The translations under genes were made by a program, and so were the position numbers. A DNA stretch of 42,196 nt, from NCBI GenBank assembly GCA_031264155.1, contig JAISEJ010000119.1, positions 1 through 42,196 of the forward strand, written 5' to 3'. Positions 10,184 through 20,023 of the stretch are shown piece after piece (positions within the stretch are counted from its first letter, which is position 1; every line of letters begins with the position of its first letter). The DNA comes from Tannerella sp. (GTDB taxonomy: Bacteria > Bacteroidota > Bacteroidia > Bacteroidales > Tannerellaceae). The notes beneath the pieces were generated by a model. It was given only the letters and a program-made list of their open reading frames with translations. It ran no database searches and had not been told where the DNA came from.

Positions 10184-11665
10184 ATGGCAAAAGAATTAAA
10201 AGAACTTACTTCACGAAGCGAAAATTATTCGCAATGGTATCAGGATTTGGTGATAAAAGCCGACATGGCCGAAAATTCCGCAGTACGTGGTTGTATGGTT
10301 ATAAAACCTTACGGATATGCCATTTGGGAAAAGATGCAACGTGTATTGGACGATATGTTCAAGGAAACGGGACATCAGAATGCGTATTTCCCGCTATTGA
10401 TACCGAAGTCGTTTCTGAGTCGTGAGGCCGATCATGTGGAAGGCTTTGCCAAAGAGTGTGCGGTTGTTACACATTACAGGTTGAAAAATGCTGCCGACGG
10501 TTCCGGAGTAGTCGTCGATCCGGCGGCAAAGCTCGATGAAGAGTTAATCATCCGTCCTACGTCGGAAACAATCATTTGGAATACATATAAGAACTGGATT
10601 CATTCATACCGCGACCTTCCCGTTTTGGTCAATCAATGGGCAAACGTTATGCGCTGGGAGATGCGTACCCGTTTGTTTCTCCGGACGGCTGAGTTTCTCT
10701 GGCAGGAGGGACACACCGCACATGCGACGCGCGAAGAAGCGGAAGAAGAAACCGTAAGAATACTTGATATATATGCCGATTTTGCAGAAAACTTTATGGC
10801 AATGCCTGTCATTAAAGGCCTGAAATCGGCCAATGAACGTTTTGCCGGCGCTTTGGAGACGTACTGTATCGAAGCGTTAATGCAGGACGGGAAAGCATTG
10901 CAGGCGGGTACGTCTCATTTCCTGGGACAGAATTTCGCGAAAGCTTTTGATGTGAAATTTATCAATAAGGAAAATAAGGAAGAGTACGTATGGGCTACCT
11001 CTTGGGGTGTTTCTACGCGTCTGATAGGTGCGTTGATTATGACTCACTCGGATGATAACGGTTTGGTGCTTCCTCCGAAGCTGGCTCCTTTTCAGGTCGT
11101 CATTGTTCCGATATATAAAACGGAAGAACAGCTTGCACAAATCAATGAAAAGGCGGCTGAAATTATCGCAAAACTTAAATCATCGGGTATCAGCGTAAAA
11201 TACGATAATTCGGATAATAAAAAACCGGGTTGGAAATTTGCCGAATACGAACTGAAAGGCATTCCTGTACGTCTGGCTATGGGTGCGCGTGATCTTGAAA
11301 ACGGTACGATAGAAGTCGCCCGTCGCGATACCCTGACAAAAGAAACCGTTCCGATTGAAAATATTGATGTGTATGTAACGGATTTGCTTACGGCCATTCA
11401 ACGAAATATTTTCAGGAAAGCCTGTGAATACCGCGAATCGGTAACCCGCACGGTTGATTCGTATGATGAATTTAAAGTCGAAATAGAAAAAGGTGGTTTT
11501 CTCCTGGCTCACTGGGACGGTACGCCGGAAACGGAAGACAGGATTAAGACTGAAACGAAAGCTACGATACGTTGTATACCGCTGGAAGGAGATAAAACTC
11601 CGGGTAGCTGTATGGTAACGGGTAAACCTTCGGCGCAACGTGTTATCTTTGCGCGCGCATATTAA
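10184..11665 (+). CDS. proS: Proline--tRNA ligase (archaeal/eukaryote-like type)
   Basis: [41 protein letters not shown] and C-terminal FARAY. Confidence 0.98.
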   Translation: MAKELKELTSRSENYSQWYQDLVIKADMAENSAVRGCMVIKPYGYAIWEKMQRVLDDMFKETGHQNAYFPLLIPKSFLSREADHVEGFAKECAVVTHYRLKNAADGSGVVVDPAAKLDEELIIRPTSETIIWNTYKNWIHSYRDLPVLVNQWANVMRWEMRTRLFLRTAEFLWQEGHTAHATREEAEEETVRILDIYADFAENFMAMPVIKGLKSANERFAGALETYCIEALMQDGKALQAGTSHFLGQNFAKAFDVKFINKENKEEYVWATSWGVSTRLIGALIMTHSDDNGLVLPPKLAPFQVVIVPIYKTEEQLAQINEKAAEIIAKLKSSGISVKYDNSDNKKPGWKFAEYELKGIPVRLAMGARDLENGTIEVARRDTLTKETVPIENIDVYVTDLLTAIQRNIFRKACEYRESVTRTVDSYDEFKVEIEKGGFLLAHWDGTPETEDRIKTETKATIRCIPLEGDKTPGSCMVTGKPSAQRVIFARAY

Positions 11666-11742
11666 TCCCCCGATATTTTTGGGGTAATTGTTTGTGAGTG
11701 ATTATTAATTTTGGAATCATATTAAACTTAATGTATATAGAA

Positions 11743-12594
11743 ATGTTGCGAATTGCAGTACAATCAAAAGGACGTCTCTACGAAGAGACAATAGCTTTGC
11801 TCAACGAAGCCGGTATTAAGCTTAGTAAAACCAAGCGCACATTGCTTTTGTCGGCAGTAGACTTTCCGGTAGAAGTACTTTTCCTTCGGGATGATGATAT
11901 TCCGCAGTCTGTGGCTAATGGCGTGGCGGATGCCGGTATTGTCGGCGAGAATGAGTATGTGGAGAAAGGAGCGGAAGCAATTTTGATTAAACGTCTGGGC
12001 TTTAGTAAATGCCGTTTGTCCCTTGCTATTCCCAAGGATGAGGAGTATAACGGGTTACGGTGGTTTCAGGGAAGGACGATTGCTACATCGTATCCCGATA
12101 TATTGAAAAAGTACTTGCGCGAGAATGGAGTAAATGCTTTACTGCATGAAATTTCCGGTTCGGTGGAGATTGCTCCGGGCATTGGGCTTGCCGATGCTGT
12201 TTTCGATATAGTAAGTTCGGGCAGTACGCTGATAAGCAACCAGCTTAAAGAAGTCGAAGTCGTGATGAAAAGCGAAGCCTTGCTGATTGCGAATAAAGAT
12301 TTGTCGAAAGATAAGCGTGGAATACTTGATGAAATACTGTTTCGTTTTGACGCGATACAGGAAGCGTCCGGAAAGAAATACGTACTTCTTAATGCTCCCA
12401 AAGATAAAGTGAATGAAATAACGGAACTGTTGCCGGGGATGAAAAGTCCGACTGTGACGCCTCTTGCCGACGAAGGCTGGGTCGCCATGCAGTCCGTGAT
12501 TACGGAAAAACATTTTTGGGAAATTATCGGTAAATTGAAAGCTATCGGCGCGGAAGGCATTCTCGTTGTTCCGATAGAAAAGATGATTCTTTGA
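11743..12594 (+). CDS. hisG: ATP phosphoribosyltransferase (long form)
   Basis: IAVQSKGRL, RDDDIP, GSVEIAP..GLADAVFDIVSSGSTL and a C-terminal regulatory domain. Confidence 0.97.
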   Translation: MLRIAVQSKGRLYEETIALLNEAGIKLSKTKRTLLLSAVDFPVEVLFLRDDDIPQSVANGVADAGIVGENEYVEKGAEAILIKRLGFSKCRLSLAIPKDEEYNGLRWFQGRTIATSYPDILKKYLRENGVNALLHEISGSVEIAPGIGLADAVFDIVSSGSTLISNQLKEVEVVMKSEALLIANKDLSKDKRGILDEILFRFDAIQEASGKKYVLLNAPKDKVNEITELLPGMKSPTVTPLADEGWVAMQSVITEKHFWEIIGKLKAIGAEGILVVPIEKMIL

Positions 12595-12627
12595 TGCAGC
12601 TTCATGAATGCAATAAATTAAAATATC

Positions 12628-13914
12628 ATGGATATAAAGACATATAGATATCCCGGAAAATCGGAATGGGAAGCATTGCAGCAACGTCCTGAATCGGATA
12701 TGACGTCGCTTTTCGATACGGTACGGAACATTCTGGAAGATGTACGGATGAATGGCGACGAGGCTGTTCGCAAGTATGGAGAGCGTTTTGATAAGGTGTA
12801 CGTGGCGGACTTGCGTGTTCCTCCGGAAGAAATTGAAGCATCGGAAGCGTTGATTGATGAGAAATTAATACATGCCATGATTGAGGCTAAGCGGAATATC
12901 GAAATGTTTCACGCGCTTCAATATACCGAGTACAGGAAAACGAAAATAAGACACGGCATTACATGCTGGCAAAAGGCCGTCGCGATCGAAAAGGTCGGTT
13001 TATATATCCCCGGCGGCACAGCGCCTTTGTTTTCTACGGTTTTGATGCTGGCTACTCCGGCAATTATAGCCGGATGTAAAGAAGTTGTGATTTGTACGCC
13101 ACCTGACAGCGAAGGGAAAATTCATCCTGCCATATTGTATGCCGCTAAGCTTGCAGGCGTAAGTAAAATATTCAAAATCGGAGGCGTTCAGGCAATTGCT
13201 GCTATGACTTACGGTACGGAAAGCGTTCCGAAAGTATATAAAATATTTGGGCCGGGTAATCAATACGTCGTGGCGGCGAAACAGTTGGTAAGTCTGACGG
13301 ATGTGGCGATAGATATGCCGGCCGGGCCTTCCGAAGTTGAGATAATGGCCGACGGGGCGGCTAATCCTGCGTATGTGGCGGCGGATTTTCTGGCGCAGTC
13401 CGAACATGGCGCGGACAGTCAATCAATCCTGGTTACGACATCAGAGACGCTGGCCGAAGCCGTTAAAAAAGAAATAGCGTATCAGTTATCCGAGCTGCCG
13501 CGCCGCGACTTTATTGAAAAATCCTTATCGCACAGTCGTATCGTTATCCTCAAGGATGACGCCGAAATGATGGAATTTACAAACCAGTACGCACCGGAAC
13601 ATCTGATTATTCAGACCGAAAATTATGTGGAGTTGGGTTTCAGTGTATGGAATGCCGGCAGCGTTTTCTTAGGCCGGTATACTCCCGAAAGCGCGGGCGA
13701 CTATGCTTCGGGCACCAATCACACGCTTCCTACCAAAGGATATGCTAAAATGTACAGCGGCGTAAACATTGACAGTTTTACGAGGAAGATAACATTTCAG
13801 GAAATTACGGAAGACGGATTACGGACGCTTGCGCCTACAATAGAAGTCATGGCGGCAAACGAACAGCTGGAGGCGCATAAAAAAGCGGTTACAATAAGAT
13901 TGGGGAAATATTAA
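12628..13914 (+). CDS. hisD: Histidinol dehydrogenase
   Basis: GLYIPGG, GPGNQYV, IDMPAGPSE, QSEH, APEHL and GDYASGTNHTLPT. Confidence 0.98.
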   Translation: MDIKTYRYPGKSEWEALQQRPESDMTSLFDTVRNILEDVRMNGDEAVRKYGERFDKVYVADLRVPPEEIEASEALIDEKLIHAMIEAKRNIEMFHALQYTEYRKTKIRHGITCWQKAVAIEKVGLYIPGGTAPLFSTVLMLATPAIIAGCKEVVICTPPDSEGKIHPAILYAAKLAGVSKIFKIGGVQAIAAMTYGTESVPKVYKIFGPGNQYVVAAKQLVSLTDVAIDMPAGPSEVEIMADGAANPAYVAADFLAQSEHGADSQSILVTTSETLAEAVKKEIAYQLSELPRRDFIEKSLSHSRIVILKDDAEMMEFTNQYAPEHLIIQTENYVELGFSVWNAGSVFLGRYTPESAGDYASGTNHTLPTKGYAKMYSGVNIDSFTRKITFQEITEDGLRTLAPTIEVMAANEQLEAHKKAVTIRLGKY

Positions 13915-14043
13915 TTATCACCCTTATTCTTGTTAAATTATATTATAATAGTTGGTTTTTATCACTTTTGCAGGCGTGATGATTTACATTTTAGTATATT
14001 TGCACTTTAAAAATAATCTTAGAATTAAAAAAAATTGAAATTT

Positions 14044-16248
14044 ATGGAAAACGTAGTTTTTATGGTCTTGGGAGCGTCTTTGATAGCGCTTGGTTTTGCA
14101 TTTTTCTTTTTCAAGCAGATGATGAAAAGGGATGAAGGAACAGACACGATGAAGAAAATAGCGCTTCATGTGCGAAAAGGTGCGATGGCTTATCTTAAAC
14201 AGCAGTATAAGATTGTTACGTATGTATTTCTTATTTTAGTTGTTATATTTGCGGTCATGGCTTATTTCGATCTGCAGAATCCGTGGGTGCCGGGCGCCTT
14301 TCTTACAGGGGGATTTTTCTCCGGTCTTGCCGGATTTTTCGGGATGAAAACGGCGACTTACGCTTCGGCGCGAACAGCCAATGCGGCTCGCAATTCATTG
14401 AACGACGGACTTCGCGTAGCGTTCCGTTCGGGCGCCGTTATGGGGCTTACCGTTGTGGGATTGGGTTTGCTTGATATATCCGTATGGTATATTGTGCTTG
14501 ATCATTTTATTGACGGTGAAGGCTCGCATAAGCTGATGATTATAACAACTACCATGTTGACGTTTGGAATGGGTGCATCCACGCAGGCTTTATTTGCCCG
14601 TGTCGGAGGTGGTATTTATACGAAGGCGGCCGATGTCGGCGCTGACCTTGTGGGTAAGGTTGAGGCCGGCATACCTGAAGACGATCCGCGGAATCCGGCT
14701 ACTATTGCCGATAATGTAGGCGATAATGTAGGCGATGTTGCCGGCATGGGGGCCGATTTGTATGAATCATATTGCGGTTCGATACTTGCTACCGCCGCAT
14801 TAGGCGTACCTGCGTTTGCTCTTCATCCGGAAATGCAGTTGAAAGCAGTGTTTGCACCTATGCTCATAGCAGCGGCAGGTCTTTTGCTTTCCGTAATAGG
14901 CATATTCCTTGTGCGGACGAAGGAAGGTGCGACGATGAAACAGCTCCTGTCATCATTGGGCAGAGGCGTTAATATCAGTTCCCTGCTGATTATGGTTGCG
15001 ACGTTCGCCATTTTCTATTTGCTCGGGTTAGATAACTGGATGGGAATATCCTTTTCGGTTGTGGTAGGCCTTGTCGCCGGTATTATCATCGGGCAGGCTA
15101 CGGAATATTATACTTCGCACAGCTATAAACCTACGCGCAAGATAGCCGAGAGTTCCCAAACAGGCCCGGCGACGGTCATTATATCCGGCATCGGATTAGG
15201 CTTCATATCTACGGCAATCCCGGTTGTTACCATTTGTGCGGCAATCATACTGTCATTTCTTTCCGCTATTCAGTTTGACGTTTCCAATCTGCTTGCACCA
15301 CAGAACTTGTGTATGGGGCTTTACGGCATAGCGATAGCTGCCGTTGGCATGCTTTCTACTTTGGGAATAACGCTGGCAACCGATGCTTACGGGCCGATTG
15401 CCGACAATGCGGGCGGTAACGCACAGATGAGCGGTCTGCCCGATGAAGTTCGCCGGCGGACGGATGCGCTTGATGCGCTGGGCAATACTACGGCGGCTAC
15501 GGGTAAGGGCTTTGCTATCGGGTCGGCGGCATTGACGGCTTTAGCCTTGCTTGCATCTTATATAGAAGAAATAAAAATAGCGCTGCTGCGTATTGGCGAG
15601 ACTGATCTGGTGATGCCTAACGGAGACATCATACAGATAGCGAGCGCTTCACTTCAGGACTTTATGAACTACTATAACGTTTCGCTGATGAATCCGATTG
15701 TACTGGTCGGAGTCTTCATCGGTTCCATGATGGCGTTTTTGTTCTGCGGACTTACAATGAATGCGGTAGGCCGTGCGGCGCAACACATGGTTGAAGAAGT
15801 TCGCCGTCAGTTCCGCACCATAGCCGGAATTATGGAAGGGAAAGCGGATCCCGATTATGCGCGATGCGTCGAAATATCGACGAAAGGGGCGCAGCACGAA
15901 ATGCTTTTGCCTTCGCTGCTGGCTATTATTGTGCCGGTGGCTGTGGGGCTGCTTTTCGGCGTGGCAGGCATTCTGGGCTTACTGGTCGGCGGGCTTGGCG
16001 CCGGTTTTGTGCTTGCCGTGTTCATGGCAAATGCCGGCGGCGCATGGGATAATGCAAAGAAATATATTGAAGAGGGAAGCCTCGGCGGTAAAGGTTCCGA
16101 TAATCATAAGGCGACGGTCGTAGGCGATACCGTAGGCGATCCGTTTAAAGATACTTCCGGACCGTCGCTTAATATTCTTATCAAGCTGATGAGCATGGTT
16201 TCGATCGTTATGGCGGGATTGACAACCGTCTATAATTTGTTCGGATAG
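14044..16248 (+). CDS. hppA: Membrane-integral cation-translocating pyrophosphatase (K+-dependent type)
   Basis: [26 protein letters not shown] and [14 protein letters not shown] motifs, with many transmembrane helices. A TATATTTG promoter element lies at 13995-14002. Confidence 0.96.
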   Translation: MENVVFMVLGASLIALGFAFFFFKQMMKRDEGTDTMKKIALHVRKGAMAYLKQQYKIVTYVFLILVVIFAVMAYFDLQNPWVPGAFLTGGFFSGLAGFFGMKTATYASARTANAARNSLNDGLRVAFRSGAVMGLTVVGLGLLDISVWYIVLDHFIDGEGSHKLMIITTTMLTFGMGASTQALFARVGGGIYTKAADVGADLVGKVEAGIPEDDPRNPATIADNVGDNVGDVAGMGADLYESYCGSILATAALGVPAFALHPEMQLKAVFAPMLIAAAGLLLSVIGIFLVRTKEGATMKQLLSSLGRGVNISSLLIMVATFAIFYLLGLDNWMGISFSVVVGLVAGIIIGQATEYYTSHSYKPTRKIAESSQTGPATVIISGIGLGFISTAIPVVTICAAIILSFLSAIQFDVSNLLAPQNLCMGLYGIAIAAVGMLSTLGITLATDAYGPIADNAGGNAQMSGLPDEVRRRTDALDALGNTTAATGKGFAIGSAALTALALLASYIEEIKIALLRIGETDLVMPNGDIIQIASASLQDFMNYYNVSLMNPIVLVGVFIGSMMAFLFCGLTMNAVGRAAQHMVEEVRRQFRTIAGIMEGKADPDYARCVEISTKGAQHEMLLPSLLAIIVPVAVGLLFGVAGILGLLVGGLGAGFVLAVFMANAGGAWDNAKKYIEEGSLGGKGSDNHKATVVGDTVGDPFKDTSGPSLNILIKLMSMVSIVMAGLTTVYNLFG

Positions 16249-16285
16249 TTTTTTTTGAGAGCCATTGACATTGAAAATAGTTTTT

Positions 16286-16333
16286 GTTCCGGCGATAAAG
16301 TAAGTCCTGCTTATTTTTATTGCCGGAACTTTT
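16286..16333 (+). terminator. Intrinsic terminator after hppA
   Basis: GTTCCGGCGATAAAGTAAG...CTTATTTTTATTGCCGGAAC long stem followed by T-rich sequence. Confidence 0.75.
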
Positions 16334-16405
16334 ATTTTCCGCGTGTGATTTACGATAAATTTACGCTATCTTTGCGGCGTTGAAATTCAAAATAAAAAAA
16401 ATAGC

Positions 16406-17872
16406 GTGTTGAATATAATAAAGATAAAATCCATCATATTTTCGGTCATATTTGCGGGATGTGCGTGTTTTGCCGGGGCGCAGCAGCGTCCGGTAATAGG
16501 ATTGTCCGATATATACAGGAACGGGGGGAGTTCCGTGCCGCGCTCGTATGTCGACGCCGTTTTGTCGGTTGACGGGATACCGGTTATCATTCCGCTGATG
16601 TATGAGGATGACAGGATTGTTGAGCTGCTGAAGTCGCTGGACGGTATCATTTTTACCGGCGGGGAAGACTTTGACCCGTCGTATTACAATGAGCCGGCTA
16701 TCCCGAACGTGAACAGGATAAATGCTCCGCGTGACGTGTTTGACATAAAGCTGCTCCGGCTTGCGGTGGAGCATGGCATTCCGGTTTTGGGCATTTGCCG
16801 CGGCGTGCAGCTGATAAACGTTGCCTGTGGAGGTTCCCTGTATCAGGATTTGGCGGCCCAGTATCCCGACAGGAGCATTAAGCACCGCCAGACGCAGCCG
16901 AAGGAGGAGGCTTCACATGCGGTAATCGTGGAGGAAGGTTCCGTTCTTGCCAGTATCACGGGAGAACGCATGTTGATGGTTAACAGTTCCCATCATCAGG
17001 CAATCAAAAAGCTTGCGGATGGATTCCGGGTGACGGGCGTAGCGCCGGACAAAGTTATTGAGGCTATAGAAAAAGTTGATTCGGCGCACTGGATTGTCGG
17101 CGTGCAGTTTCATCCCGAAGTAATGATAAGTAACAGCCCTTCCATGCGCAGCATATTTAAGGGCTTTATGGACGAGGCGTCCCGCTTAAAATCCGGGAAG
17201 CAGCAGCAGCCTCCTGTACATGCGAATATTCCCGATACTTCTGCGCCGGAATCCGACACGGTTAAGGCGCCGGAGCCGGCGGTTGCGGATGTTATTCCTG
17301 CGGACGTCGAGATTCCGGATAAAATTGAAACGGTTTCGGATGAGGATAAGGATAAGGCCGACTTGCGTTCTCCGAAGGAAAGAAGAAGGGAGGAGATGAA
17401 AAGGCTCAGGGAAAACGAGAAGCTGCACAGCGATGAGCTGAAGGAAAAAGAGAAACAGGAAAAGGCGGATTTTAATAAATGGGTGCAACAGCGAAAAGTA
17501 GAAGAAAAAGAACTGGCCGAAAAGGAAAACGCCGCAAGGAAGGAGGCTGCCGCGAAGGAAAAACAGCAGCAAAAAGAGCTGAAGGAGAAAGCGGCGAAGG
17601 ATAAGAAAGAGCAGGCGCAACAGAAAAAATTAGCGGCGAAGGAGCAGCGGGAGAAAGAAAAGGCGGCAAAGAAGGAGGCTGCCGCGAAGGAGGAACAGCG
17701 CCAAAAGGAACTGAAAGAGCAGCAGGAGAAGGAAAACGCCGCTAAGAAAGAGGCCGGAGAAAAGGATAAGCAATATCAGCGCGAACAGAAGGAGCGCGCG
17801 AAGACAGACAAGAGAGAACTGAAAAAAATGCAAAAGCAGAAAAAGGCAGAGGAGAAAAAGCAAAAAGCATGA
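16406..17872 (+). CDS. Peptidase C26 / gamma-glutamyl-GABA hydrolase family protein with signal peptide and long K/E/Q/A-rich C-terminal tail
   Basis: FTGGED, LGICRG (Cys nucleophile), NSSHHQA and VQFHPE (His-Glu). TATCTTTG promoter at 16367-16374. The C-terminal ~170 aa are charged repeats. Confidence 0.9.
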   Translation: MLNIIKIKSIIFSVIFAGCACFAGAQQRPVIGLSDIYRNGGSSVPRSYVDAVLSVDGIPVIIPLMYEDDRIVELLKSLDGIIFTGGEDFDPSYYNEPAIPNVNRINAPRDVFDIKLLRLAVEHGIPVLGICRGVQLINVACGGSLYQDLAAQYPDRSIKHRQTQPKEEASHAVIVEEGSVLASITGERMLMVNSSHHQAIKKLADGFRVTGVAPDKVIEAIEKVDSAHWIVGVQFHPEVMISNSPSMRSIFKGFMDEASRLKSGKQQQPPVHANIPDTSAPESDTVKAPEPAVADVIPADVEIPDKIETVSDEDKDKADLRSPKERRREEMKRLRENEKLHSDELKEKEKQEKADFNKWVQQRKVEEKELAEKENAARKEAAAKEKQQQKELKEKAAKDKKEQAQQKKLAAKEQREKEKAAKKEAAAKEEQRQKELKEQQEKENAAKKEAGEKDKQYQREQKERAKTDKRELKKMQKQKKAEEKKQKA

Positions 17873-17885
17873 TACGAGGCAAACC

Positions 17886-18863
17886 TCATGCCTCAATGGC
17901 GACGATATTGAACGTCGTCACGATTTCGCCAACATATTTACCGATGCCGTCGATGATAAGCGTTGCCGTTCCGGGGGCGACGTTGTTCCTGTATCCGACG
18001 GTAAAATCCTGACTGAATACCAGCTCGACGACCGTTACGGCTCCGTCCTTCGTTTCCTTGCGGACTTTGACCGACGGGATTACGTACACCGGCTTGCCCG
18101 TGTAGCGCTGCACTTCGACGGGCGCGATTTCGCCCTGCGAGATGTCGGTTTTCGCGTGCAGCCGTCCGTAGTGCTCGTGAACCAGCGTGTTATAGTGTTC
18201 TACATGCACGTTGAACTCTCTGACAAGCTCCGGATAGTTTGCCGGGCTGTTCAGGTCGATGAGCGACGTGATGCGGAGGGTGATTCGGCGGAGCGCCCCG
18301 TCGGTTTCGCGGCGGGCGGCCTTGGTGTTGATGTCCGGCTTTTTGATCTGCTCCTGTGCGGCGTCGTCGGCGTAGTTCTTGAACTGCGAGTTCAGCTGCG
18401 CAAGCTGCGCAAGCCAGGTTCCGAGATTCAGGTTCTGCACGGCGGGGATGTAATCGGCGCTGTTCAGCTTTTCGAGGATGCTGTCGATGCCGGCCGTTTC
18501 AGCGTCGTAGCCGGAATGGGTCAAATGCCTGTAGTTGCCGACCAGGTTCAGCACGTGCTTGGCGTTGTCGCGAAGCGAGGGGTTGAAATGCTTCTCAAAC
18601 ACATGGAGAAGTGCAACGATTTCCAATAAAATCTTATCGCGCTCACGATCGGTTTCAGCTTTCTTTTCGGTGAACTCGCTTCGGCGCAACCATTTGTAGA
18701 CATGATCTTCCTGCATCACCTTCGCCTGATAAGCGGTTAATAACGCCGGAGCGTCAATCAAGTCTTTGTTCTTTTCAAATATAACGTTTGATATTTTGCT
18801 AAATTCAATATGCTCGGCATTACTGTATCTGCTCACATTCGGCTTTCTTAATTCTGTTTCCAT
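17886..18863 (-). CDS. DUF6261-like helical protein with C-terminal Ig-like module
   Basis: N-terminal R.SNAEH.EF ... D.ERD pattern, recalled from DUF6261 proteins. The C-terminal YTGKPV..P.V...DFTVGYRNNVAPGTATLIIDGIGKY.G....F.I resembles a bacterial surface Ig-like repeat. Confidence 0.7.
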   Translation of the reverse strand: METELRKPNVSRYSNAEHIEFSKISNVIFEKNKDLIDAPALLTAYQAKVMQEDHVYKWLRRSEFTEKKAETDRERDKILLEIVALLHVFEKHFNPSLRDNAKHVLNLVGNYRHLTHSGYDAETAGIDSILEKLNSADYIPAVQNLNLGTWLAQLAQLNSQFKNYADDAAQEQIKKPDINTKAARRETDGALRRITLRITSLIDLNSPANYPELVREFNVHVEHYNTLVHEHYGRLHAKTDISQGEIAPVEVQRYTGKPVYVIPSVKVRKETKDGAVTVVELVFSQDFTVGYRNNVAPGTATLIIDGIGKYVGEIVTTFNIVAIEA

Positions 18864-18908
18864 CTTGATTAAATTCTTTATTAACTTTTCGATTTACATT
18901 TTGAATGG

Positions 18909-18940
18909 CAAAGATAATCAGTTCATATTAAATCACCAAA
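18909..18940 (-). promoter_or_regulatory. Sigma-A promoter of the DUF6261-like gene (TTTG-N20-TATCTTTG)
   Basis: caaagata at 18909-18916 and caaa at 18937-18940 on the + strand. Confidence 0.75.
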
Positions 18941-18971
18941 TTCTTTTTGTCCGTTTTTGTCGAAGATAATC

Positions 18972-19096
18972 GGAATTGCGATTAGAAACAATGTTTCTAA
19001 TCGCAATACAGTTGGAATTCCGATTAGAAACATTGTTTCCAGTCGCAATACAGCTGAAATACGATTAGAATCATTGCTTCCAGTCGCAATACAAGA
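18972..19096. repeat. Three tandem 41-42 bp palindromic units
   Basis: ggaattgcgattagaaacaatgtttctaatcgcaatacagtt / ggaattccgattagaaacattgtttccagtcgcaatacagct / gaaatacgattagaatcattgcttccagtcgcaatacaaga. Unit 1 contains a perfect 16 bp inverted repeat (18975-19007). Confidence 0.9.
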
Positions 19097-19105
19097 TAGA
19101 ATCCG

Positions 19106-19867
19106 TCAGGAAAGCTTGCTGCTTATCTGTTTTTTTTCAACGCCTATGCCGAACAGGGCGAAATCATAAAGGACAGGGTCTTTGGGATTATATGCGCGCA
19201 GCTTGCCGGTAAGTTCTTCTACGGCTTTCCAGTCATTGCTTTTGCGGGTCAGGAGACCAATTTCGCGGGCCGTATTGCCTGCGTGGATGTCCAGCGGAAT
19301 ATACAGCATATCCGGCGTCATTGATTTCCAGACGCCTAAGTCGACGATGCCATCGTTGCGCACCAGCCAGCGCAAGGCAAGATTGACACGCTTCAGCGCC
19401 GTATTTTGGAGATTCGAGGAATAACATCGTGCGTCAACTCGATTGCGGTTAGCTTCCAGCGCCGATTTCCGCAGCGCCTCGACAAGTCGCTGCGGCGTCC
19501 TGTCCACGCACGACGCCATGTAGTCGTCCATGCCGGCGTATGACGTGTAGAAATGCCTGAAGCCGCGCAGCATGTACGCCATGTTTTGCTCGAAAAACGT
19601 CCGGTGCACATTTGCCGTGCCGAGACGCCTGTAGCCTTCACTCATCACATAATCGTAAGGAGATTCCCCCATCCCGGCTAACATCCGCTCCGCATCACGC
19701 AAAATCACGGCCCGCTTGCCCCACGCTATGGCAGCGACCAGGAAAGAAACGATTTCAACATCCTGCAGGTTTTTATACCTGCGGGGAAACTGCACCGGAT
19801 CGTCCGCAATGAAGGCCGGCCGGTTTATCCGTTCCGCATGTTCGTCCAGATATGCCTTAATATCCAT
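19106..19867 (-). CDS. TIGR02757 / DUF2400 family protein
   Basis: FIADDPVQFP, IAWGKR, KRVNLALRWLVR..GIVDLG, PLDIH and DPVLYDFALFG. Start placed at MDIKAYL, downstream of TAnnTTTG elements at 19900-19907 and 19928-19935. Confidence 0.9.
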   Translation of the reverse strand: MDIKAYLDEHAERINRPAFIADDPVQFPRRYKNLQDVEIVSFLVAAIAWGKRAVILRDAERMLAGMGESPYDYVMSEGYRRLGTANVHRTFFEQNMAYMLRGFRHFYTSYAGMDDYMASCVDRTPQRLVEALRKSALEANRNRVDARCYSSNLQNTALKRVNLALRWLVRNDGIVDLGVWKSMTPDMLYIPLDIHAGNTAREIGLLTRKSNDWKAVEELTGKLRAYNPKDPVLYDFALFGIGVEKKQISSKLS

Positions 19868-20023
19868 GCATACATATATTATATGTGAGTTATGGCCGGC
19901 AAATATAGTGCGCGCGCCTGAAACGGGCAAAATTAATGCGCCTTTTTGCTTGCCGGCAAATAAAAACAGCGTATCTTTGGAAACCGAATTGATATAAAAT
20001 ATTCTAACATAAAAACAAGTAAC

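Noticed and set aside
11743..13914. hisG-hisD without the rest of the his operon or a His-rich leader
   Set aside because: Split his clusters are ordinary, and no His-codon leader is visible between proS and hisG.
18972..19096. Possible CRISPR array
   Set aside because: Units are directly adjacent with only about 9 nt of similar linker, there are no unique 30-40 nt spacers, and no cas genes are in the window.
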